A stretch of 60,998 nucleotides of DNA from Defluviitaleaceae bacterium (lineage in GTDB: Bacteria > Bacillota > Clostridia > Lachnospirales > WRAA01). Positions within the stretch are counted from its first letter, which is position 1, and each line of letters opens with the position of its first letter. The DNA lies in contig WRAW01000003.1 in assembly GCA_009780015.1 (NCBI GenBank), positions 1 through 60,998 on the forward strand. Direction: 5' to 3'. The notes below the pieces were generated by a model. The model made no database searches, was not told where the DNA came from, and was given only the letters and a program-made list of their open reading frames with translations. Positions 17,619-25,786 of the stretch are shown here, in pieces. A program made the position numbers and the translations under genes.

Positions 17619-18087
17619 GGCAATAAATGTCGAGGTAAACGGCAAGGCTCACGAGATGTTTGTGGATGAGCGCTTATCCTTGCTTGAGCTTCTGCGCGAT
17701 GAACTGCAACTGACGGGCACAAAGCAAGGCTGCGGCGTCGGCGAGTGCGGCGCGTGCGCCGTGCTGGTGGACGGCAAGGCCGTCGATTCGTGCATATATC
17801 TCGCGGTATGGGCCGACAGTCGCAAGGTGACTACAATTGAAGGCATCGCGGCAACCGACGGAACGCTTTCGGACATACAGGAAAGCTTCGTGGAAAGCGG
17901 CGCGATACAGTGCGGTTTTTGTACGCCGGGGCTTGTGATCGCCGCCACCGCGTTGCTCGATCAACAGCCCGAGCCCAGCCGAGCCCAGATACGGAGGGGG
18001 CTTTCCGGCAATCTTTGCCGCTGTACGGGGTATTCCAAAATCATTGACGCGGTGGAAAACGTGGCGAAAACACGCAACGGAGGATAA
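17611..18087 (+). CDS. xdhC: [2Fe-2S] iron-sulfur subunit (E. coli XdhC-type small subunit)
   Basis: CGVGECGACAV, CGFCTPG and CRCTGY motifs. The ATG at 17611 follows GGGAGG and overlaps the xdhB stop. Confidence 0.88.
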   Translation: MRKAINVEVNGKAHEMFVDERLSLLELLRDELQLTGTKQGCGVGECGACAVLVDGKAVDSCIYLAVWADSRKVTTIEGIAATDGTLSDIQESFVESGAIQCGFCTPGLVIAATALLDQQPEPSRAQIRRGLSGNLCRCTGYSKIIDAVENVAKTRNGG

Positions 18088-18089
18088 CT

Positions 18090-20669
18090 GTGGCTATATT
18101 CACATTAAACGGCAAACCCATTCGCACGGATTGCAGCAGCAAGAACTTGCTGTACTTTCTGCGCGAAGACATGGGAATTACCTCTGTGAAGGATGGCTGC
18201 AGCTCAGGGGCGTGCGGCACGTGTACCGTGATTATGGACGGCAAGGCTTCCAGGGCGTGTCTTGTGAAGATGTCAGGCATAGAGGGCAGGAACATTGTGA
18301 CGCTGGAAGGGCTGTCTTCCCGTGAACAGGAGGTCTTTGCCCACGCGTTTGAGCGTACGGGCGCGGTGCAGTGCGGTTTCTGCATACCGGGCATGGTGCT
18401 GGCCGCCAAAGTGCTGATAGATGTACAACCCGACCCTTCGCCGGCTGAAATCAAGCAGGCCATACGCGGCAATATCTGCCGCTGCACGGGTTATGTAAAG
18501 ATCGAAGAGGCCATCGTGCTGGCGGCAAAGCTTCTGCGTGAGGGCGGCGAGATTCCGGTGCGGACGTACACCGGGTCGGTGGGTGAGGACTTTCCGCGCC
18601 TGGACGCCCGTGAAAAGACGCTGGGTATCGGTAAATATTCCGACGACCTGCACTTTGACGGCATGGTGTACGGCAAGGCAGTGCGCCTCCCGTATCCTCG
18701 CGCGTTCGTCAGGAAGATTGACACGTCGGCCTCGGAAGCTCACCCGGACTTCGTGGCCGTACTGACCGCCAAGGATATCCCCGGTGCGAAGAAGATCGGT
18801 CACATGCGCCACATCCAGGACTGGGACGTGTTGATATCCGAAGGCGAAGCCACGCGCTGCGTCGGCGACGGCGTCGCGCTGATAGCCGCCAGGAACTGGC
18901 AGGCTCTGGACGAGATAGCGGAGCTTGTAAAGGTGGAATACGACGAGCTGCCCGTGCTGTACAACCCCGAGCTTGCTCTTGCCTCTGACGCGCCCAAGCT
19001 TCACGAAAGCGGAAACATACTCCACTGCGAAAAGCTGCGCCGAGGCGATGCGGATGCTGCAATAGCAGAGGCTGCCCATGTTGTAACCCGGACGTACAAA
19101 ACCCCATTCACGGAACACGCGTTCATGGAGCCCGAATGTGCCGTAGCCCTGCCGGTTGAAGAGGACGGGGGCGGCATACGCCTGTATTCCGGCGGCCAGG
19201 GGATTTATGACGAGCAGCGCGAGGTTTCTTCAATGCTTGGGATACCGCCGGAGAAGGTGCATGCCACCGGAATGCTGATCGGCGGAGGGTTCGGAGGCAA
19301 GGAGGACATGAGCGTACAGCACCACGCGGCGCTGCTGGCATGGCATCTCAAGCGTCCAGCCAAGGTGCGCCTGACGCGGCAGGAAAGCCTGCTTGTTCAC
19401 CCCAAGCGCCACGCCATGACCATCGAAATGACGTCCGCCTGTGACAAGGACGGCAACATGCTGGCCGTCAAGGCGAAGATCGTGTCGGATTCAGGGGCGT
19501 ACGCGTCTGTGGGCGGGCCCGTGATCCAGCGCGCCTGCACACACGCCGCCGGCCCGTATCATTTCGAGAACGTAGACATCGAGGGTACGGCCGCATACAC
19601 AAACAACCCGCCCGCGGGGGCTTTTCGCGGCTTCGGCGTGACCCAGTCCATATTCGCGTCCGAAAGCAACATGAACCTGCTGGCCGAAATGGTTGGGATA
19701 TCGCCTTGGGAAATGCGCTACCGAAACGCCATACGTCCCGGCGAGGTTCTGCCGAACGGCCAGATAGCCGACAATTCAACCGCGCTGGCCGAGTGCCTGC
19801 TGGCCGTGAAGGACGCTTTCGAGAGCAGCCCGCGCGCCGGGATCGCTTCGTCGTTCAAGAACAGCGGCCTTGGCGTCGGCGTGCCGGATATAGGCCGATG
19901 CCTGATCTCCGTCGAGGAGGGCAAGGTACACGTCCGCTCCAGCGCCGCGTGCATAGGCCAGGGCATGGCTACGGTTATAATGCAGGTTGCCTGTCAGACC
20001 CTTGGGATCCCGCCTGACCGGATGGTCATCGAGCGCCCCGATACAAAGCGCACGCCCAACTCCGGCACAACGACGGCGTCGCGCCAGACCGTATTCACGG
20101 GCGAAGCCGTGCGCCAGGCGGCGCTCAAGCTCAAGGCGGCGCTGGAGGAGGCCGGGTCGCTTTCCGGGCTTAACGGGCGGGAGTTCGAGGGGGAATACTT
20201 TCCCTCCACCGACCCAATCGGCTCCGACAAGCCAAACCCCGTCAGCCATGTGGCCTACAGTTTCGGCGCGCAGGTTGTGATCTTGGACGAAGATGGGAAG
20301 CTCGAGAAGGTCGTAGCCGCTTACGACGTCGGCACGCCCATCAACCGGCGCAATGTGGAAGGCCAGATAGAGGGCGGCGTGACAATGGGCTTGGGCTATG
20401 CGTTGACTGAGGATTTCGTGGTTTCGGAAGGAATGGTTATGTCGAAGTACGGAACGCTCGGACTGTTCAGGGCTACCGATACGCCGCCCATAGAGGTAAT
20501 ATTGGTAGACAAGGAAGGCCGCGCGGAAGTCGCCTACGGCTCGAAAGGCGTAGGGGAACTGGCTACAATCCCAACCGCTCCGGCCACGTCGCTGGCGTAC
20601 TATAGATATGACGGCAAGTTTAGGACAAAGCTGCCGCTTGAGGGAACAAGCTACAGAAAAAATAATTAA
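18090..20669 (+). CDS. fused 2x[2Fe-2S] + molybdopterin hydroxylase without FAD domain (selenium-dependent molybdenum hydroxylase 1-like, XdhD-related)
   Basis: 859 aa. The N-terminus carries CSSGACGTCTV, CGFCIPGM and CRCTGY, followed by ~700 aa of Mo-binding domain (GGGFGGKED, FRGFGVTQ, GVGELA). GTG start 5 nt after GGAGGA. Confidence 0.85.
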   Translation: MAIFTLNGKPIRTDCSSKNLLYFLREDMGITSVKDGCSSGACGTCTVIMDGKASRACLVKMSGIEGRNIVTLEGLSSREQEVFAHAFERTGAVQCGFCIPGMVLAAKVLIDVQPDPSPAEIKQAIRGNICRCTGYVKIEEAIVLAAKLLREGGEIPVRTYTGSVGEDFPRLDAREKTLGIGKYSDDLHFDGMVYGKAVRLPYPRAFVRKIDTSASEAHPDFVAVLTAKDIPGAKKIGHMRHIQDWDVLISEGEATRCVGDGVALIAARNWQALDEIAELVKVEYDELPVLYNPELALASDAPKLHESGNILHCEKLRRGDADAAIAEAAHVVTRTYKTPFTEHAFMEPECAVALPVEEDGGGIRLYSGGQGIYDEQREVSSMLGIPPEKVHATGMLIGGGFGGKEDMSVQHHAALLAWHLKRPAKVRLTRQESLLVHPKRHAMTIEMTSACDKDGNMLAVKAKIVSDSGAYASVGGPVIQRACTHAAGPYHFENVDIEGTAAYTNNPPAGAFRGFGVTQSIFASESNMNLLAEMVGISPWEMRYRNAIRPGEVLPNGQIADNSTALAECLLAVKDAFESSPRAGIASSFKNSGLGVGVPDIGRCLISVEEGKVHVRSSAACIGQGMATVIMQVACQTLGIPPDRMVIERPDTKRTPNSGTTTASRQTVFTGEAVRQAALKLKAALEEAGSLSGLNGREFEGEYFPSTDPIGSDKPNPVSHVAYSFGAQVVILDEDGKLEKVVAAYDVGTPINRRNVEGQIEGGVTMGLGYALTEDFVVSEGMVMSKYGTLGLFRATDTPPIEVILVDKEGRAEVAYGSKGVGELATIPTAPATSLAYYRYDGKFRTKLPLEGTSYRKNN

Positions 20670-20685
20670 ACGGGAGGAAGTCGCA

Positions 20686-20940
20686 ATGCACGAGAGGCTT
20701 TGCCAAAGCTGCGCAATGCCGACGGCGGAAGACGAACTGCTTGGAACAAACGCGGATGGTACGAGAAACACAAAGTACTGCAAGTATTGCTATGAAAACG
20801 GGGGCTTCACATCTGACTGTACCATGGAGGGTATGGTTGAAATATGCGTCCCGCACATGGTTTCCTGCGGAATGGATGAGGAAACCGCAAGGAAGATGCT
20901 AGGCGACGCGCTTCCGGCGCTTGAACGCTGGGCAAGCTAG
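20686..20940 (+). CDS. small zinc-ribbon protein (CxxC...CxxC, Zn_ribbon_2-like)
   Basis: 84 aa: MHERLCQSCAMP...GTNADGTRNTKYCKYCYENGGF...LPALERW. GGGAGGAAG RBS 6 nt upstream. The paralogous N-terminal domain of the gene at 56033 is ~40% identical by eye. Confidence 0.7.
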   Translation: MHERLCQSCAMPTAEDELLGTNADGTRNTKYCKYCYENGGFTSDCTMEGMVEICVPHMVSCGMDEETARKMLGDALPALERWAS

Positions 20941-20942
20941 GC

Positions 20943-22328
20943 ATGGCGGACATGTTGATTAAGAACGGTACGGTCGTAACCGGATCGGATACGTTTGCCG
21001 GTGACGTGCTGATAGAAAATGGCGTGATAACGCGGATTGGCGTGAACCTGACCGCCGACGGCGTTCAGGTGGTCGATGCCTCGGGCAAGCTGGTGCTGCC
21101 TGGGGCGGTTGACGTGCATACGCACTTCGATCTTGACGTGGGAATTGCGACCGCCGTGGACGACTTCTATACGGGAACGGTTGCGGCGGCGTGCGGGGGT
21201 ACGACGACGATTGTCGACCATATGGCCTTCGGCCCTGCGGGATGCAATCTTGGCCATCAGGTAGCGCGCTATCACGAACTGGCAGGCGGCAAGGCCGTGA
21301 TCGACTACGGTTTTCACGGTGTAATCCAACATGTGAACGACGACATTCTGGCCGAGATGGAGCCCCTCGTCGGAGAAGGCATTACGAGCTACAAGCTCTA
21401 CATGACCTATGGCCACAAGCTGGAAGACGCCGACATACTGCGCGTAATGGCGCGGATAAAGGAACTTGGGTTGATTGTGTCGGCGCACCCTGAAAATGAC
21501 GGTACGATAGCCTATTTCAAGGGCGTATTCCACAAGGCCGGTCTTTTCGCGCCCGAATACCACGCCAAGAGCCGCCCGTTTCATTGCGAGTCGGAGGCTG
21601 TCAACAGGCTTCTGTTGTTTTCGGAAATGCTTGGCGATGTACCGCTGTACGTGGTACATTTGTCGAACAGCCTGGGGCTTGAATACTGCAAGCAAGCCAG
21701 ACAGCGCGGATTGCGCAGGGTATTTGTCGAGACATGCCCGCAATACCTGTTTCTTAATGAAGAACTTTACACCCGCGAAGACGGCCTGAAATACATAATG
21801 AGCCCCCCTCTGCGCGACAAATCTCACAGTGACGCGCTCTGGCGCGGCATAGAACTGGGTGACGTCCAGACGATCGGTACGGATCACTGTCCGTTCAACT
21901 TTGCCACCGACAAGCAGCGCGGCGCGGCCGACTTCGCTATGTGCCCAAACGGCGCGCCCGGCGTCGAGATGCGCCTCCCCCTTATGTATTCGGAGGGCGT
22001 GGCGGCCGGACGCATTTCCGTGAACCTGCTCGTCAGCCTTTGCGCTACAAACCCGGCTAAGCTATTCGGACTGTATCCGAGAAAGGGCGCCATCGCTCCG
22101 GGCAGCGACGGCGACGTTGTAATCCTGAATCCAAACGCCCGCCGGACGGTTTCAAAGAAGGATATGCACGAGAACGTGGACTACTCGCCATACGAAGGCT
22201 TTGAGCTTGCGGGAAGGATCGACGCTGTCGTCTCGCGCGGAGAATTGATCGTGAAGGATAACATATTCGTGGGTGAGAAAGGCCGTGGGAAGTTCATGCG
22301 CAGAAGCAAGCCCATTACGCAGATATGA
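20943..22328 (+). CDS. hyuA: D-hydantoinase/dihydropyrimidinase-family amidohydrolase (HyuA/YgeZ-like)
   Basis: 461 aa. DVHTHFDL metal site and SYKLYMTY (carboxylated-Lys context). Same neighbourhood as E. coli hyuA. Confidence 0.85.
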   Translation: MADMLIKNGTVVTGSDTFAGDVLIENGVITRIGVNLTADGVQVVDASGKLVLPGAVDVHTHFDLDVGIATAVDDFYTGTVAAACGGTTTIVDHMAFGPAGCNLGHQVARYHELAGGKAVIDYGFHGVIQHVNDDILAEMEPLVGEGITSYKLYMTYGHKLEDADILRVMARIKELGLIVSAHPENDGTIAYFKGVFHKAGLFAPEYHAKSRPFHCESEAVNRLLLFSEMLGDVPLYVVHLSNSLGLEYCKQARQRGLRRVFVETCPQYLFLNEELYTREDGLKYIMSPPLRDKSHSDALWRGIELGDVQTIGTDHCPFNFATDKQRGAADFAMCPNGAPGVEMRLPLMYSEGVAAGRISVNLLVSLCATNPAKLFGLYPRKGAIAPGSDGDVVILNPNARRTVSKKDMHENVDYSPYEGFELAGRIDAVVSRGELIVKDNIFVGEKGRGKFMRRSKPITQI

Positions 22329-22349
22329 TGCAATATAAGGAGATACGGG

Positions 22350-23522
22350 ATGAATAATTTCAGGTTTCACATACCAACCGAGCTGATTTTCGGTAAGGAT
22401 GCCCACCAGAATGTGGGCAAGGAAGTAAGGAAGCACACGAGCAAGAAAATACTCTTTGTGCGGCTTGCGAAATCCTCGCTGGAGAGGATCGGCATCTACG
22501 ACGATATCGTAAAATCGCTTAACGAACACGGCGTCGAGTATGTTGAACTGGACGGCATCGTACCAAACCCCAGGCTTTCCAAGGTTCGAGAGGGCGTCGA
22601 GATATGCAGGCGCGAGGGAATCGAATTCATATTGGCTGTTGGCGGGGGTTCCGTAGTTGATACGTCCAAGGCAATCGCGGTGGCTTCCTGTGTTGACTGC
22701 GACTACTGGGACATCGTCGAGAACAAGGAGCTTGCTATTGAGCGCGCGCTGGGGCTTGGAACAATCATTACGATCCCGGCTACCGGAACCGAGATGAACA
22801 CTTCCACGGTAATCACCCGCGACGAAGACAACTTGAAGCGCGGCCGCCCGACAATACACCCTACATTCAGCATACTGAACCCCGAGCTTGCGGCGTCACT
22901 GCCAAAGAGCCGCGTGGCGCAGAGCGTAGTGGACATGCTTGCACACGTAATGGAAAGGTACTTCACCAACACACCCGGCGTAGACCTGACCGACCGAATG
23001 ATGGAAGGCGTGATGAAGACTATCGTACGCCTGGGGAGCAAGTTCTATCACGAAGGCTACGACTACGACACTGTGTCTCAATTGATGTACGCAGCCACGG
23101 TCGCCCACAACTTTTCGCTTTGCGTAGGCCGTCAGAACGATTTTGCCACCCACAACATCGGCCACGAGCTAAGCGGTGAGTACGACCTCTCCCATGGAGA
23201 GTCGCTCTCGGTGATATATCCGGCCTGGATGCGCTATACGCGTGACCACAATCCGGCGAGAATGGCGCAGTTCTTCGTGAACGTGTTCGGCGTCGAGAAC
23301 AATTTCCTTGACGTGCATGACACAATAGACCGTGGAATCTCAGCCTTAGAACAGTTCTACACAAGCCTGAACATGCCTGTACGCATCTCTCAGACAAACA
23401 TAGTTGACTGCGATATTGAAAAGATGGCCGTAAAAGCCAGCGAAGGCGGCAAGCGTACCCTGGGCTTCTACGTCACGCTTGGGCATGACGACTTCGTAAA
23501 AATATACAAACTTGCCCTGTAG
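22350..23522 (+). CDS. iron-containing (group III) alcohol dehydrogenase
   Basis: 390 aa. AVGGGSVVDTSKAIA and downstream His-rich metal motifs (HNIGHELS). Last gene before a strong terminator. Confidence 0.85.
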   Translation: MNNFRFHIPTELIFGKDAHQNVGKEVRKHTSKKILFVRLAKSSLERIGIYDDIVKSLNEHGVEYVELDGIVPNPRLSKVREGVEICRREGIEFILAVGGGSVVDTSKAIAVASCVDCDYWDIVENKELAIERALGLGTIITIPATGTEMNTSTVITRDEDNLKRGRPTIHPTFSILNPELAASLPKSRVAQSVVDMLAHVMERYFTNTPGVDLTDRMMEGVMKTIVRLGSKFYHEGYDYDTVSQLMYAATVAHNFSLCVGRQNDFATHNIGHELSGEYDLSHGESLSVIYPAWMRYTRDHNPARMAQFFVNVFGVENNFLDVHDTIDRGISALEQFYTSLNMPVRISQTNIVDCDIEKMAVKASEGGKRTLGFYVTLGHDDFVKIYKLAL

Positions 23523-23537
23523 CGGCAATTATCGCGT

Positions 23538-23577
23538 AAATCCCCGCAAAATTCTGACGAGTATTGCGGGGATTTTG
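23538..23577 (+). terminator. rho-independent terminator ending the purine cluster
   Basis: AAATCCCCGCAA / TTGCGGGGATTT stem followed by a TTTT-containing tail, 16 nt after the ADH stop. Confidence 0.7.
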
Positions 23578-23650
23578 CGCGAGGAAATTAGGCGCGGCTA
23601 TTTACAACACGTGTGCCGGATGATAAACTTAATTAGGGCGTATTCCCACT

Positions 23651-23783
23651 AACAGTTACGTATCTTTGCGGCTTAATTTTCCGCCACTCTTCTTCAGCGA
23701 TACCTTGCGTACCGCTAGGGGTACGCGGCGGTATCACTTCCTCGATTGGCGAAAAATTAAGCTCGCAAATCTACGCAACTGTT
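23651..23783. repeat. family A core in inverted orientation with a different outer stem (A5)
   Basis: AACAGTTACGTATCTTTGCGGCTTAATTTTCCGCCACTC...GATTGGCGAAAAATTAAGCTCGCAAATCTACGCAACTGTT. The core is close to the reverse complement of the A1 core. Confidence 0.75.
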
Positions 23784-23950
23784 AGAACCTGTTTACCATC
23801 TTTATGCCGTTGGATTGATGAGCCCAGTTTTTCGCCATTCTAGGAGGAGATGACGCCGCGTACCTGTAAGGTACGCAAGGAATTGACGACGACGAAGGGT
23901 GGAAAACTGGCCGCCAAGACAATGGCGTAAAGATGGTAGACAGGTTCTTA
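23782..23950. repeat. family A element, copy A3
   Basis: TTAGAACCTGTTTACCATCTTTATGCC...core...GGCGTAAAGATGGTAGACAGGTTCTTA. Confidence 0.8.
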
Positions 23951-23992
23951 GTGGGAACACGCCCTAAAATACATACGTGAAAGAGGTGCAGT

Positions 23993-25783
23993 ATGACAGT
24001 TAGCGAAAGAATTTCCGCGCTGCGAGGGAAGATGGCGGAGCACGGCGTCGACGCATATGTGATCCCTTCGGCGGATTATCACCAGAGTGAATATGTGGGC
24101 GATCACTTTAAGGCGCGCGAGTTCGTCACAGGCTTCACGGGGTCTGTGGCAACGGCTGTGATTACGGCGGACGACGCTGCGCTGTGGGTCGACGGGCGCT
24201 ACTTCATCCAGGCCGAGCGTCAGCTTGCCGGAAGCGAAGTCAGGATGTTTAAGATGGGTGTGGATGGTTTCGACACAATCGTGGAGTATCTGGAAAAGGC
24301 TGTGCCTCAGGGCGGCAAGCTGGGCTTTGATGGACGAGTAGTGGCATACGAAGAAGGCAAAGAGTACGCCGAAAAGATGAAGGGTAAGGACGCAAGCGTC
24401 GAGTATTCGCTCGATCTGGTACATGAGATATGGAATGACCGTCCGGCGGCTCTCAGCAAGCCTGTATTCGTACTCGAGACACGGTACAGCGGCGAGACAG
24501 TTGCGTCCAAGCTTGCGCGTTTGCGCAAAAAAATGGTCGATGCGGGAGCGACTCATCATGTAGTTGCGACCTTGGATGATATAGCTTGGCTGTTGAACCT
24601 GCGCGGCGGCAGAGAAATCGCCAATACCCCTCTGTTTCTGTCATACTTTATGATGGACGCGGAGAAGGCCGCGCTGTATGCCGACGAAGGCAAGTTCAGC
24701 CCGGAAATAAAGGCGGCTCTTGAACGCGACGGCGTTCGCATAAAGCCATACAACGGTATATATGCCGATATCGCGGGGTTGGAACCCCAAAGTATTTTGA
24801 TGATCGACCCGGAGCTGGTAAATTACGCGCTGGTTGCGTCAACCAAGTGCCGTAAGGTAGAGAAAGCCAACCCGGCGGTAATGTTCAAGGCATGCAAGAA
24901 CGAGACGGAGCTTGAGAATATCCGCAAGGCTCATATCAAGGACAGCGTCGCGCAGACCAAGTTCATGCACTGGATCAAGACCAACGCCGGCAAGATAGAC
25001 ATAACCGAAATCAGCGCGGGCGAAAAGCTGGAGAGGCTGCGTGCCGAGCAGGACGGTTTCCTTTGGCCAAGCTTCGCGCCGATTGTAGCGTACAAGGAAC
25101 ATGCCGCGATGGCGCACTACCACGCCGAGCCCGAGACTAACAAGTCTATCCGCGCAGAGCACATGGTGCTGACCGACTCCGGCGGAAACTACATGGAGGG
25201 CGCGACCGACGTATCGCGCACATACGTACTGGGAGAGATCAGCCACGAGCTAAAGACGCATTTTACGGCGGTCGTGCGTGGAGTTATAAATCTTTCCACC
25301 GTCAGGTTCCTCAAGGGTGTGCACGGCTTCAACTTGGATGTGCTCGCACGCAGGCCGCTGTGGGACGTGGGCCTGGACTTCAAGCACGGAACGGGGCATG
25401 GTGTGGGCTATCTGACGACAATTCACGAAGCGCCGTGCAGAATACGCTGGCAAGTCCCGGCGAACAAGCCCATCCAGCCGCCGCTGGAAGAGGGCATGAT
25501 GCTCTCGAACGAACCGGCCGCGTACGTGGAAGGTTCCCACGGCATACGTATCGAGAATGAGATTGTCGTGCGCAAGGGCGAAGCAAATGACCAGGGCCAG
25601 TTTATGTACTTCGAGACGGTCACATTCACGCCGATAGACCTTGACGCCATACTGCCCGAAATGCTTACCCCGGCGGAAAAAGAATTCCTGAACGACTACC
25701 ACAAGAAGGTATATGAGCTGGTCGGCCCGCACATGGACGATACTCAGCGCGAATGGCTCAAGACATACACCAGGGAGATATAA
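23993..25783 (+). CDS. aminopeptidase P-family (M24B) Xaa-Pro aminopeptidase
   Basis: 596 aa. Creatinase-like N-domains (VDAYVIPSADYHQSEY) and M24 catalytic motifs (HGTGHGVG, SNEPAAY, IENE). Confidence 0.85.
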   Translation: MTVSERISALRGKMAEHGVDAYVIPSADYHQSEYVGDHFKAREFVTGFTGSVATAVITADDAALWVDGRYFIQAERQLAGSEVRMFKMGVDGFDTIVEYLEKAVPQGGKLGFDGRVVAYEEGKEYAEKMKGKDASVEYSLDLVHEIWNDRPAALSKPVFVLETRYSGETVASKLARLRKKMVDAGATHHVVATLDDIAWLLNLRGGREIANTPLFLSYFMMDAEKAALYADEGKFSPEIKAALERDGVRIKPYNGIYADIAGLEPQSILMIDPELVNYALVASTKCRKVEKANPAVMFKACKNETELENIRKAHIKDSVAQTKFMHWIKTNAGKIDITEISAGEKLERLRAEQDGFLWPSFAPIVAYKEHAAMAHYHAEPETNKSIRAEHMVLTDSGGNYMEGATDVSRTYVLGEISHELKTHFTAVVRGVINLSTVRFLKGVHGFNLDVLARRPLWDVGLDFKHGTGHGVGYLTTIHEAPCRIRWQVPANKPIQPPLEEGMMLSNEPAAYVEGSHGIRIENEIVVRKGEANDQGQFMYFETVTFTPIDLDAILPEMLTPAEKEFLNDYHKKVYELVGPHMDDTQREWLKTYTREI

Positions 25784-25786
25784 CGG

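Larger units (their letters stand above)
23633..23967. repeat. family C element, copy C1, whose 19-nt inverted termini enclose two family A elements (composite or nested)
   Basis: The left arm TTAGGGCGTATTCCCACTA (23633-23651) pairs with the right arm TAGTGGGAACACGCCCTAA (23949-23967). The interior is A5 (23651-23783) plus A3 (23782-23950). Confidence 0.8.

Noticed and set aside
14441-20669. Selenocysteine recoding (in-frame TGA) in the hydroxylase genes or ygfK.
   Set aside because: All these ORFs are continuous with no split at TGA. The selenium in this enzyme class is a labile cofactor ligand, not Sec.
18273-21887. Long antisense ORFs (18273-19118, 19776-20783, 20937-21887) opposite the fused hydroxylase gene and hyuA.
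   Set aside because: Same reasoning: Arg/Ala-rich composition, no translation signals, and the opposite strand carries strongly recognisable enzymes.
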